From Adineta vaga (taxonomy: Eukaryota; Animalia; Rotifera), in assembly GCA_021613535.1 (NCBI GenBank), contig CP075497.1:6634001-6698000 (forward strand): a DNA stretch of 64,000 nt, in the 5' to 3' direction. Below the pieces are notes generated by a model. The model was given only the letters and a program-made list of their open reading frames with translations. It ran no database searches and was not told the origin of the DNA. Of this stretch, positions 38,203 to 50,934 are shown in pieces. How positions within the stretch are numbered: position 1 is the first letter of the stretch; each line of letters opens with the position of its first letter. The translations under genes were made by a program, and so were the position numbers.

Positions 38203-41200
38203 ATGCAATTCAGTCATATTATATTCATATTTGTATTCATCTCTGTCATATACGGTCAAAATACACAAGTAAGAACATATAGCTCTATTTATATATATAT
38301 ATATATGACAAGTTCATCTAGGTGTGATGATAGGGAGGAGTCCGCAGTCGGCTATTTCATTCTCAATAACTCACACTACCTTTCTCTTCTCTTCTCTTCA
38401 CTTCTATGAGTAGTATATAGACACATGCCGAGAAGACATGTTCATAAGTATTTGTCATTGTATGATTATATGATGCATTACTTTCACTTGATTACACCAG
38501 ATGATACCGCAAAGACTCTAGTTTTGTGCATAGTTTATTCACTAAATAGAGAGAAAGAAGAAAGAGGAGTTCTTTGTAATGCTCTGATCTGGAAACAAAA
38601 TGAAAGGAGAAGATCACATGGCAAACGTTTGTTTAAAGACTAAGAGGCCTTCATCCGAGTGATGTTCGCTTTCAATCTGTTCAATGTATGCTTGAGGCGT
38701 TGAAGCTATTAACTATATTACCAACATGTAAATATCGTCTGATGTTCGTATTTTTTTTTTGTCATAGAAAAGCAATATGAAAAAAGTGATTATTATTATT
38801 TTCTCATTAAAGATCTAATGAAGAAAAGAAAACTACCTCAGATATTCTTACACGTATGTTAAAGAGATCTATATGAAGTTAATCACCTTACCGGTAGTAT
38901 GCATTGATAGTTGTACCGCTCATTCAATCGATAATTATAATGAACAAAAGAAAAACGTCGAAAGTAATTCAGACATCTAAAGTAACCACTCGACAACAAT
39001 ATGAATAGTACCACCTTTCGAACCAAACATATTAATCATTAGATCATTTCTTCTATTGTCTCTAGACTTTGATTTTCTATTGAAAAGTTTCGAATAAGAA
39101 ATTAATAACTAAAACAATAGATTCATTGAAGTTTTCTCATTTAATTCCATTTAGTTATGTGAAAAATGTCCTGTTCATTTTGTTATTAATACTTTGGGCA
39201 ATATAAATCAAACTTCATCTGTGACATCACGATGTTTTACGATCGGACAATGTCAGATGACAATAATGACTACTAATGAACATCATATCGTATATTTGAA
39301 ACAAAATGATACGAATCAAATAGTCTTCTCATCAAAAACTGAACTTCTAATTGATTATAATCAAAACAATTCATCCTTAATATTTTCATCCGAATCAAAT
39401 AATCAAATAATCAAACGAACAGAAATCTTTATTAACTATTGTCATAATATTAAAACACTGAGAAAACGCCATACAAAAGACCAATCAACATCTGGTAAAT
39501 AATAAACATTTCTTTTTATTGAATATTCTGTTTTTTCTTCTTCTTAGATTTAGATTCATCAATAATAATTACATTTAATTCATCTGCTTTTATTGATTAT
39601 CATTACCAAGAATTCCTTGATTATCCTTTACGATTGTCTGTACGTTTTCGTACAATCGGACGCATATCGAATGGTGTGTTACTCTCTTTAACACATCGTA
39701 AATCTTCATCATTAATAACTCCATTCATTATCATTGAACATTCAAATGGAAAAGTTGAAATAACAATTCTTCAATTAGATGAAAGAAAAGTCTTATCTAC
39801 TGTAACTGTAAGTCGACCACTTGAAACCAATTGTTCTCCATGTTTTTTTTTCTCTTCCGAAGAAGGAGAAAGTAATATTATACTAGCAATGCGTTCATTC
39901 ATCTTTCTCATCTTCAAACATTTCCGTCCGAAAGACAATGTTAATCTCTTTTCTCATTAATTTCAATGTTCTAACCATTCATGCTTCACTGAACAAGACA
40001 ACACAATGACGATTTGCATTTTTCTCTCCTAGTTCTTATTCCAACCTCTTTTTCTCCTCTATTTCTGTTCTGATTAAGAATCCATCTGACACAAGATACG
40101 GAACAATGAAGAACGAGGACAAGAGGAAAACCCGAATCGAATACTCTAATAATAGTGCTGATGATGATGATATATCTCATCGTAATGATGTGCACACATA
40201 CTTAGAAAGAAAAGAAAAGAAAAGAAATGAAGTGTTATTTTTTCCTGTTGCCAAGGTCCTTGACCATACCTTGAATTGAATAATCGATGATTTCGATAAC
40301 GAGGTTTTTCCTCTTTCTTTTGTAGACAATTCAATGTGGAAAAAATATTAATAATGATAATTGGCATTGGTTACAATTTGAAATTGATCAAAATGGAATT
40401 TTTACGATTGTTGTTGATAATGATAGTCGAACATGTAAAAAGCAACGAAAGATTTCATTCAATTCATTGATTCGTTTTTCTTTTCTAGCACAAATTCCTA
40501 CATACGTTGTATTGAGTTGGAATATTAATGCATTATTAGTTGGAGATACACGTCGATTAAGTTCGGATATCTTTCAACCATTTGTTGGTTATATGAGTGA
40601 TTTAATATTCAATGATGAATATCTATTTCAAGGTTTAACAAAACCTAAACAAGTACGCGTATCAAGATATGATTATGATAATCAACATATTGTTGTTGGT
40701 TATCGTATTGCTTTTTTTAATTTTGTAACAATTGATACTCCAAAATCGTATATTGCCTTTTCGGAACGAGAAAATCAAAACAAAAATCATGGCAAATTGG
40801 ATATTTATTTTCTATTTCGTTCGTATGTACCTGATGGAATAATTTTATATCGTTATGCTCAAGGTTTAAATGAATATTTTGCCATTGGTTTACGTGCTGG
40901 TATTCTTGCTTTATTCATCGATTTTGGTTTTGGTAAACGACAAATTGTGAGTGATGAAACAACAAAATTAGCCGATGGAAAATGGCATGAAGTACGCATA
41001 ACAAGAATTGGAACAGATAAGTATGTAAACTTAATCTTTGAAAGATCAGATAAGTTTTGTCTTTCTTCGGATATTATATATGTAAATATAAGTACATATT
41101 CAGATCCAATTAGTCTTTGAATCCGATCGAAGTACTTTTCATTTACATATTTAAGTGAAAAGAACCATTGACGATCTATCTTAGAATATTCGATTTCTAC

Positions 41201-44200
41201 GGAACTTAGTCTTTTCTTTCTCTTACAATTAGTTACTTGAATGAATTGCATAGGTTTTGATTGATGTTGATTTAAAAATCGTCGTCGTCGTTTTTTTTCA
41301 ATGAGAATATGAAGAGATCTTTGTCGTACTTGAACGAGATAGATGGCAATCTATTTTTATCTGACTTCAAGTGATTTCAAGTTTAAATGACTTTTAGTAA
41401 GTTGAGAATGAATATCTAACTAATCATGTCATCTTCAATCGCTTAAAGAAATTAATATTATACTTTGATAAGTCTTTCCAAAATTGAATCGATAATGATT
41501 CATTGAAATACAATGGGTTTCTTTTTATGATAGGATTGAATTAATAGTTGATAATCGTGTCAATCGTTCGACATTATCAGCAAATGGTATTCGGAATGCT
41601 GTTTCTCTTCAACCAGTTCTCTATGTTGGCGGAATACCAAATAATAATCAAATTAATCTAACAGGATCAGGTTTAAATCCACATGGATTTCAAGGATGTT
41701 TAGCAAGTTTTATCGTTGATGGTCGATTACTTGATTATCAACGAGCATTAGTTTTAAATGGGCAAGTGAAAATGAATGTTTGTTCAGGTAAATTTTTTGT
41801 AAAATAAATTTCTCATTTCTGTCAGAAAAACGTATAATATGAAAGAAAAAGACTGATGACATTGCTATATCTAAATTGATTCCGAAGAATAAATGACCTT
41901 TTCTAGTATTTTCTTCAACTATATCATCTAATGTTAAAACGGGTAAGTTTTTCGTTTGCTTCTTTTAGATATTCTATTCCTTCCCTTGTATAAAAATTCG
42001 TGATTTTTGTCATGCAATCTTTTCCTTCTCCTATTTCATATGTATCCACACTTGTTTACCTTGCACATTTCCCTTATATTTATACTCAATAGTGAATAAA
42101 TTAAAAGAATTTTCTATGATCTATTTAGACTTAAATAAACTTTGTTATGATTTTACTTGCGTTCATTCGGGTATATGTTCAACAAATGATAATGATGGAC
42201 CACGATGTGATTGTCTTGAAACTGCTTATATCGGTGAACGATGTGATAAATGTAACTATAGATATGTTCAATTTGAAATTGATTTTTTTTTCTCTCCAAA
42301 TTCATAGTGCCTAATGGATTTTATTTTGGTAAACATTTTACCAGTGGATCAATTGAATATGTCATGACACAAACACGTCAAACAGAATATGATACAATTT
42401 CGTTTGGTTTACAAACTTTAGCTATGTCTGCACAAATATTTCGTCTTGAATCAGATTTAAATTCCTATAGTCTTGAATATGAAATTGTAAGTAGTTAATA
42501 ATGAATAGATATTCCTTCGATTTTGTATTATGATATGAAATATTTAGTTACGAGGACGTTCTTATATAAAGTTAAATATGGGAGAAAAACAACCAGATGT
42601 TTATTCCAGTATTGTACATGTTACTGATGGAATGTATCATGCTATTAAAATTATTCGACGACTTTCAATAATCGAATTATATGTTGATGGAATTCGAGTG
42701 AAATTAGAAGGAGGAAATAGTATGTTTTTAAAGAATTTGAAAGAGATTGGATTTTACCTTTCTATTTAGAATATGCACGTCAATCAGAACAACAACGATC
42801 ATTTCTTGCACAACGAAGATTACGTATTGGAAGTTTCAAAAATATTTCACAATGGAATGGAATTGTTGCTGGTAAAGTTAAATTCATATACATATATCTA
42901 TTCAAATATTGTCAGAAGTATTGACTTGTTTTGTGCAAAAACTACAGATCTTCATATCTGCAGAGGGAAGATTTTGTTTATTTCCGATAATTAGACAGAT
43001 GTATTTGCTAATATAAAGCTTATAGATATATACTAATGATATTGAGTATCCCAAACTCATCTCTTATCTTCCTGTTAGTATTCGATGTTATTCTCATCTT
43101 AATCATTGACATCGATTGAATTCTCTTTTAGGTTTATCTTTCAATCGTCAGTCAATATTTGATAGTCTTTTCAAAACTCTTGTTCGTTCTGGTGATGTTG
43201 AAGAAGTTCAACCAGATGAACATACTGGTTTATTCAATTTAGTTGAATCTACACATTATCAAACTTTTATGTCATCTTCAACTATGATTTCTACACTTTC
43301 AATTACGAACACTACATATGAAACGACGACTGTCGGCCAAATAAATTCAACGATAGATGGCCCAATTGCGGATAATATCTATCATCAACAATCAATTACA
43401 CAAATGAATAGCATTTCACAAATTCCACATCAAACACCATTCGAATGGATTTATAAGAAATTAACATATTTTGGAGTTCGTGGTCTTCTTATCGGTTCAA
43501 TATTATCCATATGTTTTCTCCTTTTTCTTCTCTTTCTAATTTTACATTTACATTGTAAAACTCGTCATTCAAAAAAGAAAATTTCACAAAAGTATAATCA
43601 AACAAATGGAAGTAAAACTTATTCTCAAATCAAAGGTTATTCCCTATCATCACCGAATAGTCATCCATCGAAAAAACGTGCCCAGAAACTTCTTCGTTTT
43701 CTACATACAAAACAATCGAAACCAACTTCTTTTCGCCTAGCATCAAATGGTAGTATGGCACGTTTAAATAGTGGTGATAGTTATCATCTAATCTCTTCAA
43801 TTCAAGAAAATCGAAAAGATAAAAAGAAAAATTCATCTTATAAAAATTCTCTTAGTACTTCCAATGATAATAATGGTTGTATATATTCAACTCTAGCACA
43901 ACCCATTCCTCCACCTTCCACTTCTTCATCAATCTATCATCAAGTAAATCGTTTGATATCAAATGGTAATGAATCATCAGCTAATCCACCACAATATCAT
44001 TCATCTGTTGTACCACATACAGCTACATTACGTTCATTAAAAAAAGACTTAGATAATTCAAGTGCTCAAACATATTCAGCTGTTTATTCATGTGATTTAG
44101 CAGCTAATCTTGATGTTGAAGAAGAATTTTTCTCATCACATCGATCATCATTAAAACGACGATCCGTTTCCAAAGCACATCCAAATTCTACTGAAATTCA

Positions 44201-45685
44201 AAATCAAATACTTTTTCTCTATGTCAAAAATCTTGTTGATTGTTATGCATTACAACCAAATCATCATCAAACAATTCTTCTTGCAACTGCTGATGAAAAT
44301 CGAATTCAATTATCTCACGTTCGTGTAAGTTAATTCACAGCGAAGTATTAAAGATTTTCTTGTCTCTTTTCGATTCTAGTCCGGTATTTTTCATTCTCAA
44401 CTTCCAATATCATCCGTTGGTGCTTGTCATAACATCTTATTTTCTTATAATGGTCAATATATGATAGGACTTTTCTATGAAGTCACATCAAATGTCAATC
44501 CATATGGTGTTAAAATTTGGTCTACAGATGATTATTCAATTCGTACAAATGTACATCCAATAAAATGTTCTATAGCTAGTACATCTCGACATTCATCAAT
44601 ACTTTATATGGCTGGTAAACAAAAATATGGTCGAGGTATTTCACTTGGACTCCTTGACATCGATTCATGTAGTCTTGCACGTGAATTAAAATCAGATCCT
44701 GATACATCGATTGGTGATGAAATTAAACGAATTATTTTAACAAAAAATGAATTATATGCATTAGTAGCTTGTACTGAATTTACAAGTACATTTACATGTT
44801 TTGTGGTTTTTAAATTAGAAACATCAGCGACATCAGCAATTTTAAATGATGATCAATCATCTTTAATTACAGGAACCATGAGTAATTGTACAATGATCTT
44901 AACACGATTCAATTGTGATCCAAATTTTACATTTGCAATGGTCGATTCCAATAATAATGGTGATCAATATATTCTAACAATATTACGTACAAATGAAATC
45001 ATTATTTGGCAATTAAATGATGGAGAAATTCTATATAGTTATGATTTTAATCATTTACTTCATAATATTGATCCAAATCAAATTATTGATTGTCAAATGA
45101 ATGACAATCGTTTATTAATATTTACCCAACAAGGTTTTATTTATATCTGGGATATTACAATTTCTATTGGACAATTTCTATTAACTACAACTATATGTGA
45201 TCCATTGGTAAATTGCCCTTAAAGTCTAACGATATAAGAAATGACATTGTTCAAGTTTCGGGAAAAGCGAGAGAGATAGTATGACCTTCTTTCAGTAATT
45301 AAATCTTTTATCTTTACCACTATTTTATTTCTTCATATAAAAACATATGTTCTCATAAAACTCTTTCGTTGAAGTGTTCATTAAAAAGTCATTGATCTAA
45401 ATTTTTTTCATTTAGATTCATTCAATTACTTGGTTGGATTATCGACATTTTCTTTCGATTGATACCGATGGCCAACGTATACGTACTTGGAATGTGAAAC
45501 AAAAAGAACCGATTAATGAATCGATTTCTCTTCAAGGTACAATTCAAACGTTACATGTTCATTCCATTACCAATCATTTTAATAATCAAAAAGAATATTT
45601 CATTACGGGTTTATCAGCAAATGAACGAAGTTTAGTTCTCTTTGAATATACGCAATTAAATGATGATCATATTGTTGCTTGTTAG
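38203..45685 (+). CDS. Neurexin-like type I receptor (SP - prodomain-like - LamG - LamG - EGF - LamG - S/T stalk - TM) with a cytoplasmic WD40-like beta-propeller; 13 exons, ~1475 aa
   Basis: Phase-consistent exons: 38203-38268, 39155-39494, 39548-39807, 40326-40434, 40489-41020, 41534-41787, 42129-42251, 42308-42486, 42548-42719, 42770-42871, 43132-44324, 44380-45207, 45416-45685. Motifs NDNWHW, LADGKWHEV, LYVGGIP, GFQGCLAS, CDCLETAYIGERC, VTDGMYHAIKIIR and WNGIVAGLSFN; then VKIWS, IIIWQL, IYIWDI, IRTWNV. Confidence 0.78.
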
Positions 45686-46709
45686 TCATGGCAAGACTTC
45701 GAAAGAAAACTTTTTCACATTGCCATATCTGTGTTTATGTGAAAGAAAATCAATTTTTTTTCTTCTTCTTCATAGACACGTTTTTATGTAGATCAGATAC
45801 ACTTTGTATTTGTTTTGTGGGTTTTTCTTTTCTATTTTTGCTATGAAAATTTTCCTTCGATATCGAATTGTAATAAAAAAACACACTTTGATTTCGAAAT
45901 AACAATTACTAAACTGTTAATTGATCAATTCCACTACGAATAAATCTGTTAAGTCTTTGACAGCTGTCAAACTTATATGCTTTTACACTGCGTAACATCA
46001 GCCAAGATTTAAATATAAACCATTCAACATTGGTATTTGTATTCATTCGAAACAGAAACATAGAAAAATGATGCCAAGGAAGTCTTCGCCTAATGTCTAA
46101 GGGAAATGAATTTTGATTAAGTAATATTTTTCCTGTCTAACGCTTTTCAATTGATCATTACTTCGATACTGATCGTTCACATGTTTTGCATATCGTCGTT
46201 CTAATCAACAAAATATTTTCCGTTCTTCAACCGATTGTAAACGAGATAATTGAGAAGAGAAAGAAATAAAATAGAATAATAAGCTCTGCATATAGTACAG
46301 GTGAGAATACTTGTTACCTTGAGAATAGCTCATCTCAATCATTATATGTTAGTTGATGATCGTGTATATTTTTCATCAAACTACTTTTTTTCCTCTTTCG
46401 TGCATACTTCGCATTCGTGTCTTTTAGACGACAGTATTTTTTCTTTTCTTTCACTTGTCTGTGTAGGCAAATGTTTCGCATGTTTATTATTCTCGTTGTC
46501 GTTGTTCATCGAAATGACAAGTCTAGAATGATTCCTATTTTTCTCTCGTTTTTTTTCTCTATATGAATTCTAATATAATCGTAAAAAAAAGAAATGACAG
46601 AAAAGAGCAGAAACAATTGAGAATAGAAGTTGATGAAATTGCACCAAAAAAACAAAACAGGTTGTAAGTGTATATTATTATTCGTTTTAGTTTTGATTAC
46701 GTTTAATCA

Positions 46710-48935
46710 ATGGCTTCAATTGATCATTTCCAATTGAATTTTCTTACGGATGATCATTATGAAAATATCTCATCAATAACAAATGCAACTGATGACAAAC
46801 AATTGATTGATTTTACTGAATATAATTGGCCTGTTCTATTTCTATCGATCTTAGGAATATTTGGCACATTTGGAAATCTACTTGTTTGTGTTTCAATTAC
46901 ACTCGATAAACAATTACAAACTGTTACTAATTGGTTTCTTTTCTCATTAGCTATTGCTGATTTTCTTGTTAGTCTTATTGTTTTACCATTATCTATTATC
47001 AAAGATTTTTATGGTAAGAATAATAGTAACAACAACAAAAAAAAAAAAAAGAAAATATAAATTGTGTTAAATCTTTTATATTGAACAGATTTAATTAGAT
47101 CTATATTAATTACATTTTCGAAATGAGAGAGAATAAGAAGAAAATCACTTGAGAGTGAATTCAATTATTTGAATAATCAATATTGCATCATTGATAGGTT
47201 AGTGTTAGAGATTGAGAGATGAAATTCTTCGATTAGTTTTAGATCAAGAACAACTTTAATCGTTCTCGGAAAAGAAAACTTCTTCGTAATCTTTTTATTT
47301 TGAATTATGAAATATTTTGTTAGATGATTGTTTATTTCCGATTATAATTCGATATGGAGACATTATTGAACTAATCATGTAATCCTTTCATGCGCAAACC
47401 ATGTTCTCAAGAGATTATTTTTTTTCTTTCATTTAAAATTTTAACTTGTGGGGAAACTTATGCGAGTAGTTTCAAATCTGTTTAAGCTTATCGGATACAT
47501 TTGTAGCAAGAAAAAGAAAATGTTGTCAATCATATTACAAGAAACAAATCAAATTTATTTATGAACATAAGATTATTTCATATTTATATTGTCAATCATT
47601 TCTAAAGCTTTTCCTTTGTTTTTGTTTTAGGTTCATGGCAATTACCAGTTATATTCTGTAATTTATTTGTTTTTTTCGATGTACTCTTATGTACAACTTC
47701 AATTTGGCATTTAACAATTCTTTCGATCGATCGTTTTCTTCATATATCACGACCATTTCGTAGTCGTGAACGAAGTAAACGAAAAACTTTCCTAACAATT
47801 CTTTGTATTTGGACATTTTCCATTGCTATATCATGTATTATACTTATCTTGGGTTTTCTTAATCAAAATAATATTATCATTATCGACACTGAACATCAAC
47901 GTCATTGTGCTTTAAACCATCGTCCATTTATTATTTATGGTTCAATTATTTGTTTTTGTATTCCATGTGTATTAATGCTTGTTACCTATTCGTTAACAAT
48001 TCGACGTTTACATATAGAAGCAGCAAAATGTTACACAGATCCTGATGATCATTTAATGATAAAACCGACAAAATCCGATGGATTAAGACGACATCAATCA
48101 GCATCAAAACGACGTCCATTATCTCAAATTCGAACTAATATCGTTTCAAGGGAAGTATCGAGTGCAACATCAAACTCATTACGAACGCCAGATGACAAAG
48201 CAAATCATCATCAATGGCCGTAAGTTTTTCTGACATTAGCAAAATAGGAAAAACTAATTTTTAATCTTTATGAAATCATATTCGTTGTATCCCCACGAGA
48301 ACGTATTAATATTCTTCCTCCTTTTCCTTTTTTTTATGAAATCAATCATTGTGATAATGATTTTCTTTTAGAATATCCCCAATTGTATCAATTCCAACAT
48401 CCAATATTCAACAACGTTCATTTCTTCATAATACTTTTGTACAAAAAGCTGTTCACGCATTTAAAGGTGGAACAGAAACAACAAGTGAACGTCGTGCAAT
48501 GAAAGTTCTTGGCATTGTTTTCTTCGTTTTTCTTGTTGCTTGGCTTCCATTTTCAATTTTAAATATTCTATCAGCTGTCTGTCCAACCTGTGGTGTACAA
48601 GCATCCTTGCTGAATTTAACAAGTTGGTTTGGTTATATTTCATCAAATTTGAATCCTGTAAAAGAACTTTCTCTACGAAGGAAATTTCACTTTTTTTTCT
48701 TCGGTATTTATTTCAGATTATTTATACGGCATTTAATGTACGATTTCGTCGTGCTTTTGTTTCAATATTAACTTGTCAACCGAATTATTTTTCACAAAAA
48801 CGTAAAGGAAATAATCACTATGTTTTTGTTGCCATCAATAATCAACAGCAGACGACAGCTGATCATGAACAATATTTTTTTCCATCACGTCGTTATGTAA
48901 CTGATCGACGAGCGAAAAGGAAAAGCTTTAATTAA
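46710..48935 (+). CDS. Aminergic class A GPCR, 5-HT2-like, 4 coding exons
   Basis: NWPVL..GNLLVC, TNWFLFSLAIAD, TM3 FDVLLCTTSIWHL..SIDRF (Asp3.32), IYGSIICFCIP, ERRAMKVLGIVFFVFLVAWLPF and WFGYISSNLNP|IIYTAFN. Exons ~46710-47013, 47631-48219, 48372-48657, 48717-48935. Confidence 0.9.
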
Positions 48936-49871
48936 TTTCTATCGATATTTATATATGTGAAATCTTCTCGGTTTTTGTTTGTTTCTTTTTCTTTTTCTAT
49001 TTCATATTCGAATTTGCATACAAATATATGAGACTATGTGCAATCAGATATATTGAACTGTATTTTCAAAACAATCATTTATATCCAGGTATATGTATAT
49101 TGTATTTCTTTTTCGAGAATATTGATAATAAGATTAAATTATCAACTACTGAATAAACATTTGTTTATCGATATTCATATCGAATTCTATCAATATTTAA
49201 TAAATAAAATTTCAATGAATAGAAAGAATAATATGATTGTATAGTTAACAGAATGTTTGTTATTATTCAATGAAGAATTTCTTATAGAATTATTCGATGA
49301 ATCATTAAGGAAATATTTCGTGATTGAATAAACATGGTTGACAGATATAACTTTAGTACCTAGAAGGTCAATTATAGTTTTAGTTGATTCAAAACAGACT
49401 GTTGATTTGATAATTTATATAAAATTCTAGTTTTGATTGAATACATCCACGAACGAAGAAGAAACGTCTGTAGTTTATCAAAACATTCATCTAAAATCTA
49501 TTGTTTTACCTTTAGTTGACGATTATACTCTACATTTGAATCATTTATTCTTTCAAAACTTCTACTATACCATTATCTTTAACTAATCAAATAAATACTA
49601 AAGACAAAAGAACATCGAACTCCTCTTACTTTTTCTTTCGTACAAGAAATAAACAGTTCTGTTATCTCCAAAGGTTATGTATGTTTATCGATAAGTAGTA
49701 TCACATTTTTCACATAAAAATACATGACTATAGATAAAAAACCTATGACAACGATATGCATATGGTAGAATATGTTTCGAAACAAATTTTGTCCTTTTAG
49801 TTCGAAATGAAAATCTATTATTCAAGAAGCGCAATAGAATAATTCATTGATATTTTGTTTTTTTTTCTAAA

Positions 49872-50443
49872 ATGAGTCGAGTTCAATCACTAGAATTCAA
49901 TCAGAATTCGAATTTCTTTCAATCAACTAAAAAAGTGTCTCTACCTACGACAAACGAATCAGTACGTCGATCAACATCGAAAACGAACGATCGATCGACT
50001 ATTGTACCTCTCACTATTGTTCAAAATAATATTCCGAATTATTTCGGTTCGACAATGCAATCAATGTGTTTTGCGTTTTTTACATTTGCATATACGGAGG
50101 TAGTCATAACTAAACTAATTCAGATGATTCGAACTCAATATTATTTACATAGTTAATCAATGGTGCTGTTTTTCTTGGAAATTCTCTTCTTATTCATGTT
50201 TTTCTTAAATTTATAACCATACTTTGTATTAGTCTGGCAACTCTTGCTGCATTTTCATCTCTTCGAGTATCACTATCAATTGCTGAAAATAATCTTAAAC
50301 TTGCCAATTCAGATGTATCGAAATTTTATTCTACAATTGCTCGTTTTGGATCAATTTTTTCAGCAATAACATGTGCAATTATTATTTGTATCTTTGCAAT
50401 AGTTTCATTATATGTCACATTCAATGGAAAGGAAAATAGTTAA
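49872..50443 (+). CDS. CD225/dispanin (IFITM/PRRT/SynDIG-like) membrane protein, 172 aa, 2 exons
   Basis: Exons 49872-50099 and 50153-50443. IPNYFGSTMQSMCF ... LAAFSSLRVSLSIAENNLKLA...STIARFGSI followed by a C-terminal TM parallels CD225 PxDYL...AxxYSxKxRxxxxxGDxxGA...SxxA. Confidence 0.55.
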
Positions 50444-50934
50444 ATTAATCATTAAAAAGAACAAATATATGAATAGAATATTAAAAGCGTTAAATAGTAC
50501 ATGATTGCTTTAGTATATGAAGTTATTTTGCCGCATGATATTATGAATATGTCTGGCATATTTCATCTTTTTCTTTTTCATTTACAGAATAAGTAGTACA
50601 AACAGTTGAAATGACATAATATATATTTGTTAGAATATATGTATCAATGATTCAGAACATCCATGAATACAAAATAAACGATTTGATCACATTTACGAAT
50701 AATAATATCAGAAAGAAAAGAAACTTTTCACTACGGTATTCTACTTTCTGACCGATGTAGTATAGTGTACAAGAAAAGGATAGAGGTAAGAAATAAAAGA
50801 ATAGGAAAAAATAAGAAGAATAAAGGCATCAGTAACAGCAAAAGGAACGAAATGAGACAGTTGAGACTAGATTTCAACAGAGAATACAAAATATAATCAT
50901 AATTCTAGATATCACTGTTTCTTTTTGTTTCATC

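Noticed and set aside
45581-45604. NNQKEYFI resembling the neurexin PDZ ligand KEYYV
   Set aside because: It is internal (~26 aa before the stop), within a predicted beta strand; likely coincidence.
49120-49580. Coding-like fragments (e.g. NEEFLIELFDESLRKYF) between the GPCR and CD225-like gene
   Set aside because: Interrupted by stops with no recognisable parent; cannot support a pseudogene call without a search.
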